From Verrucomicrobiota bacterium (GTDB lineage: Bacteria; Verrucomicrobiota; Verrucomicrobiia; Limisphaerales; SIBH01): DNA of 64,000 bases. Numbering within the stretch: the stretch's first letter is position 1; each line of letters opens with the position of its first letter. The translations under genes were made by a program, and so were the position numbers. Positions 43,627 to 53,383 of the stretch are shown here, piece after piece. Where the stretch lies: assembly GCA_038205745.1 (NCBI GenBank), contig JBBRBM010000002.1, forward strand, positions 2,761-66,760. The letters run 5' to 3'. The notes beneath the pieces were generated by a model, which worked only from the letters and a program-made list of their open reading frames with translations, was not told the DNA's origin and ran no database searches.

Positions 43627-44340
43627 ATGAACGACCTTTTCCAAATCATCCATGAAGATTGCGACATCCTCGTCGTAAACAAACCGGCTGATCTTGTCTG
43701 TCATCCAACAAAAACTGACGAACGCTCCAGCCTCATCGGCCGCGTGCGACTGCATCTCGGCACCAGTGAAGGCCGTCTTGTGAACCGGCTCGATCGCGAA
43801 ACGAGCGGCCTCGTGCTCATCGCGAAGTCCGGCCCGGTGGCCGGCGAACTCGCGAAACTGTTCGAGACCAGGGTCGCGCGGAAGGAATACGACGCCATCG
43901 TTCACGGCTGGCCCGGGCCTGATGAATTCGCAATCGAGGCGTCACTCGGCAAAGACGAATCCAGCACCATCTCCATCAAAGATTGTGTCCGTGCTGACGG
44001 TGCCGCCGCGCAGACTCGGGTGCGCGTGGTGAAACGTTTCGCGCGCGAAGGGAAACAGTTTGCGCTCTTGCGCGTCGCGCCACTCACGGGCCGCAAGCAC
44101 CAGATTCGCATTCACCTCGCGCACGCCGGTTACCCGATCGTGGGCGATAAAATGTACGGCGCGGACGAAACGATTTACCTGCGCTTCGTCACCCGTGCGA
44201 TGCTCGATGAAGATCGCGCGGCGTTGATGTTGCCCAACCACGCACTGCACGCGGCGCACCTGGCCTTCACGTGGCGGGGGCGCGAATGGGCTTTCGAAGC
44301 GCCAAAACCTGTCGAGTTCACTGCGTTCGCGTCAGCGTGA
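43627..44340 (+). CDS. RluA-family pseudouridine synthase
   Basis: Start trimmed to MNDLFQIIHEDCDILVVNKPADLVCHP. Catalytic motif LVNRLDRETSGLVLIAK and HQIRIHLAH. Confidence 0.85.
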   Translation: MNDLFQIIHEDCDILVVNKPADLVCHPTKTDERSSLIGRVRLHLGTSEGRLVNRLDRETSGLVLIAKSGPVAGELAKLFETRVARKEYDAIVHGWPGPDEFAIEASLGKDESSTISIKDCVRADGAAAQTRVRVVKRFAREGKQFALLRVAPLTGRKHQIRIHLAHAGYPIVGDKMYGADETIYLRFVTRAMLDEDRAALMLPNHALHAAHLAFTWRGREWAFEAPKPVEFTAFASA

Positions 44341-47300
44341 AATGCGCGCCGTCACACGCGGGCCAACCCAGCGCGTGTTGTATTTCTGAATCCACCCGTC
44401 GTTCGTGAACTGAGGACGTGGCGCGATCCCGTAGATTTGATCGTCAAGCCCATGCCACGGCAACGGCTCCAGTGTGGTGCCGCTCACCACGTGATAATCG
44501 GAATCCTTGTCCCAGCCTGACGTGAATAGGAAGAAGTCGCGCGTGAGACTCTCCGGCTTTGTCGGCAAACTGTTGGCCGAAAACTCGACGGTGAGTTCAT
44601 CGCCACCCGCAATCATGGCGAGGGCGTTGTCGCGATCGCGCAAAAGCTCATCCACTTCGCCGTACCGTGTCGCCCAGCCACTCGGAGTCACGAGCCACGG
44701 TGCTTGCTGCTTCAACTTGTTGTAAACGGGCGTGAGCGGTTGATTCCACGGCTGGTCGGCAAACTCGCTGTAGCCGCGCCAGTGCAGGTGCGACCGCGTC
44801 GGAGTGAGCCGCACGATGCGGGACGTTGCGTTCTCCAATTTTTCGAACATCGCGATGCGATCCCAATGAATCTCGAACGCAGCGCTCAATCGCAAACGCT
44901 TCGTGCCTTCAGGCAACTTGTTCGCGAGATCAACGATGATCGTTTTGGTCTTGCCGGATGGCGCGCCGACCTCGACATCAACCCGCTTCCATTCTCCATT
45001 CGCGAGTTCCGCCTCGATCATTGGAAATGGAAACGGAAAATCCGTGCGGCTCGACGCGGCGATATTCGCAGTGCCGCCGCCGAAGCGCAGCCAGCCCGTG
45101 AGCGCGAGCACGAGCGGCTTGCGCGTGTCGAGCACGCCAAAGTCGAGGGTGAGACTGAGCGGTTCGGCGAGTCCGCGATATTGCGGCTCGCGCAGTTTCG
45201 GAGAAACAAGTGCGCCGTCGATCTCGGCTAACGTGCCCCCGGCATCTTGCCGGGCCGGACCCGGCGAGACGCCGGAGGCACGCTCAAAACTTCGCAGCGC
45301 CATGCGACTGCCCAGCGTCAGGATTTCTCCGCGCGGAAAGCCACCGGCCGGCCTGCGTGCGCGCAACTGATCGGTCGTATGAACTTCCGTTCCGGGCGGA
45401 TGATCCACGACGACAAGTTTCACTTCATCGAGGTAAAGCACTTCCCGGAGTTCCTCGGTAAGTTGAACGACGTAGTTGTTGCCGCGCGGTTTGAAGTGGC
45501 TGTCGTTTCCGAGGGCCACCATTTCGTCCTCGTCCGCCTCGATGTATTTGCCCGGCGCGATGGGCAGGCCGAGCGGCGCGGAACCGAGGATATCCGTGAC
45601 GAAGCGAAACCGTTCGCCGTCCCACGCGTAAAGATAAGGGCACGAGCCCGTCGGCAGCGCGGGTTCGAGCAAGGCGAGCGGCGCACCGCAAGTCGCCGGC
45701 ACTTCTTCCTGCGTGGTCGTGAGCTCGATCCATTGGACGGTGACGGCGTCGACCCGTTCGTGTTTGCCCACGCCGATTTCGATCGGCAATGAAGTCACCC
45801 GGCGCGCCGCACGCAATCCCGCGGTGCTGATCTCAATTCGTGTGCCGAGCGCGCTGGGATTCGAGCGCGTGCCGCGGAGCTGCAGCTTCAATTGCTTGTT
45901 CGCATTTCCTCCATCGTTGCGCAGCAGATGCACCTCGCCGTCGATGTTGAGCGCCAAATCGGTGTCGCAATCACCGTCGAAATCCGCGGCGGCGAGCGAA
46001 TCGACGCGGCCTTTCACCTGGTCGAGGCCAAGCGCAGCAGTCGCGTCGCTCAAGCCGCGTGCGCCGGCGTTTCGCCAGATGCGAATGCCATTGCCGATCA
46101 CCACCACGTCAAGCCAGCCGTCATTGTCGTAATCGATGAGTCTCAGCTCTTTGGGAACGAAGCCGTTCAGCGGAACTGACACGGAGTGATTTCCAGCGAA
46201 CGCCATCTCGATTTTGTCAGACGAAGCCGCCACAAGATCGGACCGCAAATCATTGTTCATGTCGCCCACTGCGAAAACAGTGCCGCTCGGGAACTTGTCC
46301 GACGCATTCGTAAACCCACCGCCGCGTTGATGCACCCAAAGCGATGGGCCGCTCGACGTCGCCACGAACAGATCCTGCACTTCATCGTTGTTCCAATCGT
46401 CCACCGCCAGTCCGCGAAGATCCTTCAACGCAGGCAGGTTCGTTGTCGTATCGACGAAGTACATGTTTTGCAGATTGCTCATGACGCGCAGTTCGCCGTT
46501 CGTGCTCACGGCGATCACATCCAGGTCGCTGCGAAAACTCAGGTCGGCGAAAACTGCGTCGCGCGCCGCGAAGTTTTTCAGGCCGGCAAAGGCCGTGGTT
46601 TCAGTCGCGAAGCCATTCGTGGTGAAGCGATAGAGATGCACTCCGCGATCTCCGAGCACCAGTGCGTCAGGTGTACCATCCTTGTTCAAGTCGGCCACGA
46701 GCCAGCGCGAGTAACCGCCGCCGTTGGTGAAGGGAAAACTTTGACCGTTGGTCTGAAATTTTCCACCGCTGTTCACGAGCAGGCGAAAGCTTGCGCCATC
46801 GCCCACGAGGAGGTGATTGCGACCGTCACGAGCGAAATCGATTACGCCAACCGGGCCGGTGAACTTTTGCGCGAAGGCCTCGCGCGACACGTCTTTGAAC
46901 GTTACATGGATGCCCTTCTCATCGGGTTGCTCCAGTTGAAACGGCACGTGGGCTTGAGTGTACTTGCAGCGTTCGAGTGCCGCGGCGCTGAGGCTCACGC
47001 TGGCGTGCCTGGCGAGCCAGTCCTTGTGCAGGTCCATTTGCTTTGCGGCATCCGCCTGGCGATTCGTCCTCAGATAAAGCTGCGCGAGTCGATAGTGCAG
47101 CGCGGGAAAATCCGGTTCGAACTGCTCGATCTCCTCATACTCCTGGAGGGCTGCGGAATAATTCGTGAGACCTTCGTAGGCGAGCCCAAGCTGGAAGCTG
47201 ACGGGGTTCAAGGTCTTATCCAGATTTTTGGTTTCCGTGAGAAATTTTACGGCCTCGGTGAAATTCCGCAGGCGATTCTCCGCCACACCGGCGACGTAAA

Positions 47301-47616
47301 GTGCCGCCGCATTGTTCCGGTCGGATTCCGCGACGCTCTTCGCGAGAGCCAGCGCGCGCTCGTTTTGCTCGGCCAGCAGCAACGCGTTGGCAAGGTTCAG
47401 TTTCGCGGCGGGATGGGCCGGTTCCAGCTTGAGCGCCTTTTCGAAGGTCGCCACCGCGGCCGGCGCATCGCCACGGTCGAGCTGTGCCTTGCCCACATTG
47501 CTGAGGCGGAGGAATTCGCCGTCTCCTCCTGCGTGTCGCTTGTCTCGACAGGCAGTGAGGAGAAACGCCACCGCGACACAACTCGCGCAAATCGAAAACA
47601 GCTTCCAGGAACGCAT
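44332..47616 (-). CDS. Lipoprotein with TPR repeats, FG-GAP/VCBS repeats and an ASPIC/UnbV-like region (CRTAC1-like)
   Basis: Start trimmed to MRSWKLFSICASCVAVAFLLTAC. N-terminal TPR-like helices, then repeated D.N.DG..D (FG-GAP-like) units. Carries an in-frame REP doublet. Confidence 0.78.
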   Translation of the reverse strand: MRSWKLFSICASCVAVAFLLTACRDKRHAGGDGEFLRLSNVGKAQLDRGDAPAAVATFEKALKLEPAHPAAKLNLANALLLAEQNERALALAKSVAESDRNNAAALYVAGVAENRLRNFTEAVKFLTETKNLDKTLNPVSFQLGLAYEGLTNYSAALQEYEEIEQFEPDFPALHYRLAQLYLRTNRQADAAKQMDLHKDWLARHASVSLSAAALERCKYTQAHVPFQLEQPDEKGIHVTFKDVSREAFAQKFTGPVGVIDFARDGRNHLLVGDGASFRLLVNSGGKFQTNGQSFPFTNGGGYSRWLVADLNKDGTPDALVLGDRGVHLYRFTTNGFATETTAFAGLKNFAARDAVFADLSFRSDLDVIAVSTNGELRVMSNLQNMYFVDTTTNLPALKDLRGLAVDDWNNDEVQDLFVATSSGPSLWVHQRGGGFTNASDKFPSGTVFAVGDMNNDLRSDLVAASSDKIEMAFAGNHSVSVPLNGFVPKELRLIDYDNDGWLDVVVIGNGIRIWRNAGARGLSDATAALGLDQVKGRVDSLAAADFDGDCDTDLALNIDGEVHLLRNDGGNANKQLKLQLRGTRSNPSALGTRIEISTAGLRAARRVTSLPIEIGVGKHERVDAVTVQWIELTTTQEEVPATCGAPLALLEPALPTGSCPYLYAWDGERFRFVTDILGSAPLGLPIAPGKYIEADEDEMVALGNDSHFKPRGNNYVVQLTEELREVLYLDEVKLVVVDHPPGTEVHTTDQLRARRPAGGFPRGEILTLGSRMALRSFERASGVSPGPARQDAGGTLAEIDGALVSPKLREPQYRGLAEPLSLTLDFGVLDTRKPLVLALTGWLRFGGGTANIAASSRTDFPFPFPMIEAELANGEWKRVDVEVGAPSGKTKTIIVDLANKLPEGTKRLRLSAAFEIHWDRIAMFEKLENATSRIVRLTPTRSHLHWRGYSEFADQPWNQPLTPVYNKLKQQAPWLVTPSGWATRYGEVDELLRDRDNALAMIAGGDELTVEFSANSLPTKPESLTRDFFLFTSGWDKDSDYHVVSGTTLEPLPWHGLDDQIYGIAPRPQFTNDGWIQKYNTRWVGPRVTARISR
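45233..45281. repeat. REP doublet copy 7 (5-nt spacer) inside the TPR/FG-GAP gene, in frame
   Basis: GTGCCCCCGGCATCTTGCCGGG (45233-45254), ccgga, then CCCGGCGAGACGCCGGAGGCAC (45260-45281). Translated on the minus strand as SPGPARQDAGGT. Confidence 0.85.
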
Positions 47617-47788
47617 GGCGGCGAAGCTAAGTTCAAGCGCGGCAAAGGTGAACTCGAATTGGTAGCCATTCCGTGTCACACGACGGTTGAATAAGAGCAA
47701 ATCAGGGCGAGATTGCATTGCGCAGTTTTACGAAAAGAGAGGCGTGAAACAGCTTAAGTCGGGGAAAGTACGAACCGATGAGTAAGTT

Positions 47789-47986
47789 ATGAAGCGACTG
47801 ATTCGATCATCTGCTTACGCTCTAGTCGCGCTGGGCGTGACTTCCGGCCTTGCGCTGAAGATCTCCTGGTCATTCTTCCACCTGCACGCCATTGCTCCTG
47901 ATCCTGCACTAACGATCGCCGGCATGTTGGCCGTCGGCCTGACTGCGGGCATGGCTGTTTTTGCGGTGGAGTGGAAGAATTCCTAA
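47789..47986 (+). CDS. Hypothetical small membrane protein (65 aa)
   Basis: ATG start and two hydrophobic segments, lying in an intergenic gap. No homology recognised. Confidence 0.35.
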   Translation: MKRLIRSSAYALVALGVTSGLALKISWSFFHLHAIAPDPALTIAGMLAVGLTAGMAVFAVEWKNS

Positions 47987-48118
47987 GGCGTATCACGAAC
48001 CGTCGCGCGACTGGATCACGCTGAGCGGCACGCGCAATCATTGCGCGCCTGACACTCTTCGCTGTGTTCAACTCTCAACTTTCCACCCTGATCGTTCCAC
48101 GCTTACTCTCTGCGCCCT

Positions 48119-48721
48119 GTGAAGCAAACGATTGTCACGTTGGACCTGGAAGGGGTGTTGGTGCCGGAAATTTGGATCGCCGTTTCGGAGAAAACCGGCA
48201 TCCCTGAATTGCGCCGCACCACGCGCGATGAACCGGACTACGACAAGCTCATGCGCGGTCGTCTCGCCATCCTCGATCAACACGGGTTGAAACTCTCGGA
48301 CATCCAGGAAGTCATCGGGACGCTCCGTCCGTTGGCTGGCGGAAAGGAATTCCTGGACGAACTGCGCACGCTGACGCAGGTCCTGATCTTGTCCGACACG
48401 TTCGAACAATTCGCGAAGCCGCTGATGCAACAGCTCAACTGGCCCACGTTGCTGTGCCACACGCTCTCCGTGCAGAACGATCGCGTGGTGGGATACAACA
48501 TCCGGATTCCCGAGCAGAAGCAGAAGGCTGTCGCAGCGCTGAAATTGCTGAACTACAAAGTCATTTCCGGCGGCGACTCATTCAACGACACCGCGATGCT
48601 CGCGGAAGCGCACGTCGGCTTCCTCTTTCACGCGCCGGAGAATATCAAGCAGCAGTTCCCGCAGTTCCGCGCTTTCGATCAATACGCTGACTTGATGAGC
48701 GCCATCAAAGCGGAGCTGTAA
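48119..48721 (+). CDS. thrH: Phosphoserine phosphatase / homoserine phosphotransferase ThrH-like (HAD family)
   Basis: GTG start. Collinear with Pseudomonas ThrH as recalled: LDLEGVLVPEIWIA, TTRDEPDYDKLM..RL.ILD.HGLKLSDIQEVI, ILSDTF, GDSFNDT.ML, FHAPENI...FPQF. Confidence 0.82.
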   Translation: MKQTIVTLDLEGVLVPEIWIAVSEKTGIPELRRTTRDEPDYDKLMRGRLAILDQHGLKLSDIQEVIGTLRPLAGGKEFLDELRTLTQVLILSDTFEQFAKPLMQQLNWPTLLCHTLSVQNDRVVGYNIRIPEQKQKAVAALKLLNYKVISGGDSFNDTAMLAEAHVGFLFHAPENIKQQFPQFRAFDQYADLMSAIKAEL

Positions 48722-48722
48722 C

Positions 48723-48833
48723 GTGCCCCCGGCATCTTGCCGGGCGGGCGAATCAGTTCCTGCCAATCCACGCCAGTACGAAGCATCGACTCGGGAATGT
48801 TCTTACGTTTCCCCGGCAAGATGCCGGGGGCAC
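48723..48833. repeat. REP doublet copy 8, filling the gap between convergent thrH and gpsA
   Basis: The TAA stop of thrH (48719-48721) is followed directly by CGTGCCCCCGGCATCTTGCCGGG. The right arm, at 48812-48833, ends 3 nt before the gpsA stop (48837-48839). Confidence 0.9.
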
Positions 48834-48836
48834 GTT

Positions 48837-49817
48837 TCAGTCTTCGGCCTTCGTATCGCGGCTCAAGAGATCACTCACTGCCCGGCGCACGTCCTTGCCT
48901 TCGAAGAACATCGCGTAAACTTCGTCGATGATGGGCGTTTGCACGTTCAGCTTCCTCGCAAGTTGGCGCGCTGAACGCGCGGTCGGATAACCTTCCGCGA
49001 GCTTCTCCCCGGCACCGATGAGTTTCTCGACCGGCTCACCGCGTCCGGCGCGTTCACCAAGCGCGCGATTGCGGCTTTGGTGCGAGAAACAGGTGAGCGT
49101 GAGATCGCCAAGGCCACTGAGACCCGCGAACGTGTCTGCCTGCGCCCCCGCAGCCACACCCAGCCGGCGTATCTCCGCGATGCCACGTGTGAGCAGCGAT
49201 GCTTTCGCGTTGTCCCCCAGTCTCAGTCCGTCGCAAACACCCGCTGAAATCGCGATGACATTCTTGAGCGCCCCGCCCAGTTCGACACCGATCAAGTCAG
49301 CGCTGCGATACACGCGGAAAGTGGGGCGGTGGAACAGATCCTGGACCGTGTGACACACTTCAGTGTCTTCGCTCGCGCCCACAATCGCGGTGGGCAATCC
49401 GCGCGCGACTTCGATCGCAAATGTCGGTCCTGAAAGCGCTGACACCTTCGCGCCCGGCACGCATTCGCGGAGCAGGCCGCACATCGATTTGCCAGTCTCG
49501 TACTCGATGCCTTTCGTCACGCTGATAAAAAGCGCGCGCGAGTCACGAAGTCGCGAGGCCACATCGCGAAAGGCCTTCGACGGAACTGCCATCAGGATGC
49601 ACTCGGCGCCGGCCGCGGCGCGCGCCAGGTCGGGTTCACAAGTCCAATCTGCGGGAAGCTCCACACCGGGCAGGTAACGTTCGTTCCGTCCCGTGCGCTT
49701 GATTTCATCGAGCGCGGCGGCGTCGCGCGACCAAAGCGTCACGGCGTGACCGTTCGCGTGCAGAACTTTTGCGAGCGCGGTTCCCCACGCGCCGGCACCG
49801 ACGACCGTGACCTTCAC
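48837..49817 (-). CDS. gpsA: NAD(P)H-dependent glycerol-3-phosphate dehydrogenase
   Basis: MKVTVVGAGAWGTALA N-terminus with GpsA-type collinear motifs (LKNVIAI..G..DGL.LG.N..A.L.TRG..E). Confidence 0.92.
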   Translation of the reverse strand: MKVTVVGAGAWGTALAKVLHANGHAVTLWSRDAAALDEIKRTGRNERYLPGVELPADWTCEPDLARAAAGAECILMAVPSKAFRDVASRLRDSRALFISVTKGIEYETGKSMCGLLRECVPGAKVSALSGPTFAIEVARGLPTAIVGASEDTEVCHTVQDLFHRPTFRVYRSADLIGVELGGALKNVIAISAGVCDGLRLGDNAKASLLTRGIAEIRRLGVAAGAQADTFAGLSGLGDLTLTCFSHQSRNRALGERAGRGEPVEKLIGAGEKLAEGYPTARSARQLARKLNVQTPIIDEVYAMFFEGKDVRRAVSDLLSRDTKAED

Positions 49818-50467
49818 TGCGCCGCCTCCTTTTTCTTGCCGAAGCGATTCTCCGTACCGTTCACCAGGCGTTTGATGTTCGCCTTGTGCTTGTAGATCGC
49901 GAGCGCGCCGATGATGCCAGCAACGATGATCAGAAGGAGGTCTTCGCGGTTAAACCACCACGTGGCGAACGGCAAAAGAAACGCCGCCCCGATCGACGCG
50001 ACGGACACGTAGCGTGTGATGAGGAACAATAAAATCCAAACGATCAACGCCACCGCGAGCGCCTTGGGCAACAGCGCGAGCACCACGCCGGCAGAAGTGG
50101 CGATGCCTTTGCCGCCTTTGAACTTGAGCCAGCATGTGTAGTTGTGGCCGAGGATCGCGAGGAAGCCGCCCACGACTTTATGAACTTCCTGAGTCGTCGT
50201 CTCCGGGCTCAACACTTCGTGCAGCAGCCCTCGATGCAGCAGTTCACCCACGAAGTAGCACGATACGAAACCCTTCAGTGCATCAACCAACAGCACAAAG
50301 ATCCCCGCAGGCTTTCCGAGAATGCGGAAGACGTTCGTCGCACCGATGTTGCCGCTGCCGACGGTACGGATGTCGATGCCACGCGCTTTCGCGACAAGGT
50401 AGCCGGTCGGAATCGAGCCAAGCAAATACGCGACGAGCGCCGTGAGGACGTAACACGCGATAACCAC
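49814..50467 (-). CDS. plsY: Glycerol-3-phosphate acyltransferase PlsY
   Basis: YLLGSIPTGYLVAK, GSGNIGATNVFR and FKGGKGIAT motifs. Overlaps the gpsA start by 4 nt. Confidence 0.92.
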   Translation of the reverse strand: MVIACYVLTALVAYLLGSIPTGYLVAKARGIDIRTVGSGNIGATNVFRILGKPAGIFVLLVDALKGFVSCYFVGELLHRGLLHEVLSPETTTQEVHKVVGGFLAILGHNYTCWLKFKGGKGIATSAGVVLALLPKALAVALIVWILLFLITRYVSVASIGAAFLLPFATWWFNREDLLLIIVAGIIGALAIYKHKANIKRLVNGTENRFGKKKEAAQ

Positions 50468-50518
50468 GGCGCGGAATGTAGAAGCGGGGCGCGCGCCGTT
50501 AAAAGTGGAATCTGCGAC

Positions 50519-51664
50519 TCAGCGCGACGCCGCGTTCACAACCTCTCGAAAGGCAACGAGCTCGGTGGAAAATTTCCTTGGATCAAAATCGGGACGCGAC
50601 TGCACCCGGGCAAAGAGCGTGTTGAGAGCCGCGGACACGGCGGTATTTTTTCCGAGACCCAGCGCGGTCGTCAGGCGATCCAGACCGAGGACTGTTCGCT
50701 CGGCACGCATCGCGATATCCAGCGCCGGGCCGCTCGCAGAAATATCCCGGTTGGCCAGTTTGTCCAACTGCGCGCCCACTTCCTCCGCAGTCCATGCGCC
50801 GATCGAAGCATTTCGCGCGAGATCGTCTGCAGCGTCGTGCTCGGCCGGGACGCCAAGGACAAACGCGATCGCGTTCGCCCGCGCTTTGATTTCATCGCTG
50901 GCTGAACCGTGCTTCATTTGCGCCGCGGCTTCGCGCAGCGCGACAGCCTGACCGACGAACCAAGCTTGTGCGCCGCGCAGGCGATTCGTTTCTGGCCAGT
51001 GCCGCGGCATCGTGAGGCATTGCCCGTCGAGTTCGAAGGTCAACTCGGGATGTGCTGCGCGCCGCACGTCCGCGTCCACATTCTGATGACACGCCACGCA
51101 TGTGTTCGCGCGCACGTAGAGATTCTTCAGGTCGCGCATCCCGGCGCTGACCTTCTGCGCGTAAGTGAGATCCGTGCGCGTATGCGTCAACAGCCATGGC
51201 TCCACGGCGTTGTGACAGGACTCGCAGGAGACGCCTTCGAGCGCCTGGACCAGCGGGCCTTTCTGCGACGCCGGCACTGCTTGAAATGGATTATGACAAA
51301 CCGTGCAGCGCGGATCAGTAGTCGCATCCTCCGCTTTCAACGCCTGCATCATCAACCGCGAGCGCCCGATGGTCAGCGTGGCCTGAGCGCGCGTGTGAAA
51401 ATCTCTTTGGGCCCAAACGATGTTCTGGTTGTGCTTGTCCGCCGCGCCGCCGTGGCAACTGGAGGAGGAGCAACTTTGAGCGCCAAGAAATTTGGGAGCG
51501 GATTCCGCCGCGCTGGCTATCATCGGAAACGTAGCTGAAGCGAGAGCCACGCCCAGCATCCATGCCGTCGAAAGCCGCAGAGCGAAGCGTCTTCCAGCGC
51601 GGTGCGCTTCGAACGCGCGCAGTCCAAACGCGCGTTCCATGGGAGTTATCACTTTGCCGGGCAC
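50519..51664 (-). CDS. Exported multiheme c-type cytochrome
   Basis: Signal-like N-terminus. Heme motifs CTVCH, CESCH and CVACH, plus an unusual CSSSSCH (Cx4CH). The start is uncertain (M1 or M9). Confidence 0.7.
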   Translation of the reverse strand: MPGKVITPMERAFGLRAFEAHRAGRRFALRLSTAWMLGVALASATFPMIASAAESAPKFLGAQSCSSSSCHGGAADKHNQNIVWAQRDFHTRAQATLTIGRSRLMMQALKAEDATTDPRCTVCHNPFQAVPASQKGPLVQALEGVSCESCHNAVEPWLLTHTRTDLTYAQKVSAGMRDLKNLYVRANTCVACHQNVDADVRRAAHPELTFELDGQCLTMPRHWPETNRLRGAQAWFVGQAVALREAAAQMKHGSASDEIKARANAIAFVLGVPAEHDAADDLARNASIGAWTAEEVGAQLDKLANRDISASGPALDIAMRAERTVLGLDRLTTALGLGKNTAVSAALNTLFARVQSRPDFDPRKFSTELVAFREVVNAASR

Positions 51665-51694
51665 AGCGCGTGTGTTATTTCAATCCCCGCTTCA

Positions 51695-53383
51695 ATGCAA
51701 TCCAGTACCGAAAAGCTCGAACACGGGCAGCCGTTGAGCACTGAGCAACTGCTCCAGTATCTGCCGTGGCTCAAGGAGATTCCCGGTCCGCAGCTCAAAT
51801 GGGCTGAAGGCGCGGCGGTGCTGCGAACATTCAAACGCGGCGACATCGTCTGCGAGGAAGGCGCGTTCGGCTCCACCGCCTTCTACATCGTCAGCGGGAC
51901 GGTCGATATCTACATCGCCAACAAGATTGCCCACGTGAACACGCGTCGTGGCCTCGGCGGCTTCGTGGCGCGCATGAAAAGTTTCCTCGTCAGCGACAAG
52001 CAAGGTCAGCGCGACAGCGGAAGCAAAACCTTCATTCCGATTGATGCCTCGATCGATCTCTCGTTGAACAGCCCACTCGCGCAACTGGCCGCGGGCGAAC
52101 TGTTCGGTGAGATGACCTGCCGCACCTTTCAACCGCGATCCGCCACGGTGCAGGCTCGCGAGGACTGCGTGATGGTCGAGTTCCTGCGCGTCGTCCTCGA
52201 CATGCTGATGGGCTCGCGCGACGTCGATGCCGCGACGAAAGCCGCCACGAAAGTGAAAGCGGCGACGTTCAAAGGCACGACTTTCAAAACCGAGCTGGAC
52301 AAAAAATATCGCGAACGCTCGCTGAACAATCACCTCCGCAGCGTGCCCCTCTTCACGTCGCTTGATGAAAGTTTCCTCGCGTTGCTGAACCAGAAAGTGG
52401 AACTCGTCACCTTTGGAAAGAACCAGGTCATCTGCAAACAAGGTGATCCGGCGGACGCTTTTTTTCTTATCCGCTCCGGCATGGTGAAAGTTTCCAACGC
52501 GCTGCCCGGCGGCGAAATGGTGCGCACATACCTCGGACGCGGCGACTATTTCGGCGAAATCGGTTTGCTCTTCCACCAGCCGCGCAGCGCCACTTGCACT
52601 GCGCTGGACACTGTGTCGCTGGTGAAGATTGCGAAGCCGGAGTTTGAGCAGATGCTCGCAACCTTCCCGCAAGTGCGCGCCACGCTGATGCAAGTCGCCG
52701 AGACTCGACTTGCAGCGAGCGCCAAAAAGGACGTGCCGCGCGGCCTGAACCTCGATGAGTTTCTGAACCAGGGTTTGTTCGAAGCGCAGAACCTTCTCAT
52801 CATCGATCTCGATCGCTGCACGCGCTGCGATCTTTGCGTTCGCGCTTGTGCCGAGGCGCATGATGGCGTGACGCGTTTGTTGCGCGACGGTTTGCGCTAC
52901 GATCGCTACCTCGTTGCCACGACCTGCCGCACTTGCCGCGATCCGCTCTGCATGACGCAGTGCCCGGTCGGCTCGATCCGCCGCAAAGACAATCTCGAAA
53001 TCATCATCGAAGACTGGTGCATCGGTTGCAGCAAGTGCGCGGAGCTTTGTCCGTTCGGCAACATCAACATGCACCCGGTCGAGTTCATGGAAGAGGTGAA
53101 GGCGGCACAAGCCGCGCCTGTTCCCGCCGTCGCTGGCGAAGCGCCGAAACCGGCCGCACCCGCTGCGCCAAAGAAAGGTTTCAAAGCGGCCACGTGCGAC
53201 CTTTGCACCGATCTCTCCATGCCGAGTTGCGTTTACGCGTGTCCACACGATGCGGCGCGCCGCGTGGATCCGTCGCAATATTTCTCGACGAGCTTCGCCG
53301 CAACATCACGCTGGCAGGCGGCGAAGTTCAAGAGGCGCACGACGCATGAAAGTGGCCACGACAAACCGACGAACAAGAAGTGA
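51695..53383 (+). CDS. Fusion protein: two cyclic-nucleotide-binding domains + NrfC/PsrB-like 4x[4Fe-4S] ferredoxin domain
   Basis: Start trimmed to MQSSTEKLEH. Two CAP-type cNMP motifs (FGEMTCRTFQPRSATVQA and FGEIGLLFHQPRSATCTA). Four Cys clusters (CTRCDLCVRAC, CRTCRDPLCMTQCP, CIGCSKCAELCP, CDLCTDLSMPSCVYACP). No Tat or Sec signal seen. Confidence 0.8.
   Translation: MQSSTEKLEHGQPLSTEQLLQYLPWLKEIPGPQLKWAEGAAVLRTFKRGDIVCEEGAFGSTAFYIVSGTVDIYIANKIAHVNTRRGLGGFVARMKSFLVSDKQGQRDSGSKTFIPIDASIDLSLNSPLAQLAAGELFGEMTCRTFQPRSATVQAREDCVMVEFLRVVLDMLMGSRDVDAATKAATKVKAATFKGTTFKTELDKKYRERSLNNHLRSVPLFTSLDESFLALLNQKVELVTFGKNQVICKQGDPADAFFLIRSGMVKVSNALPGGEMVRTYLGRGDYFGEIGLLFHQPRSATCTALDTVSLVKIAKPEFEQMLATFPQVRATLMQVAETRLAASAKKDVPRGLNLDEFLNQGLFEAQNLLIIDLDRCTRCDLCVRACAEAHDGVTRLLRDGLRYDRYLVATTCRTCRDPLCMTQCPVGSIRRKDNLEIIIEDWCIGCSKCAELCPFGNINMHPVEFMEEVKAAQAAPVPAVAGEAPKPAAPAAPKKGFKAATCDLCTDLSMPSCVYACPHDAARRVDPSQYFSTSFAATSRWQAAKFKRRTTHESGHDKPTNKK

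Noticed and set aside
46186-47694. 502-aa plus-strand ORF antisense to the TPR/FG-GAP gene
   Set aside because: Codon-aligned antisense shadow of 44332-47616, with no recognisable domains.
51692-53278. 528-aa minus-strand ORF antisense to the cNMP/FeS gene
   Set aside because: Codon-aligned antisense shadow. The sense strand carries clear cNMP-binding and ferredoxin motifs.
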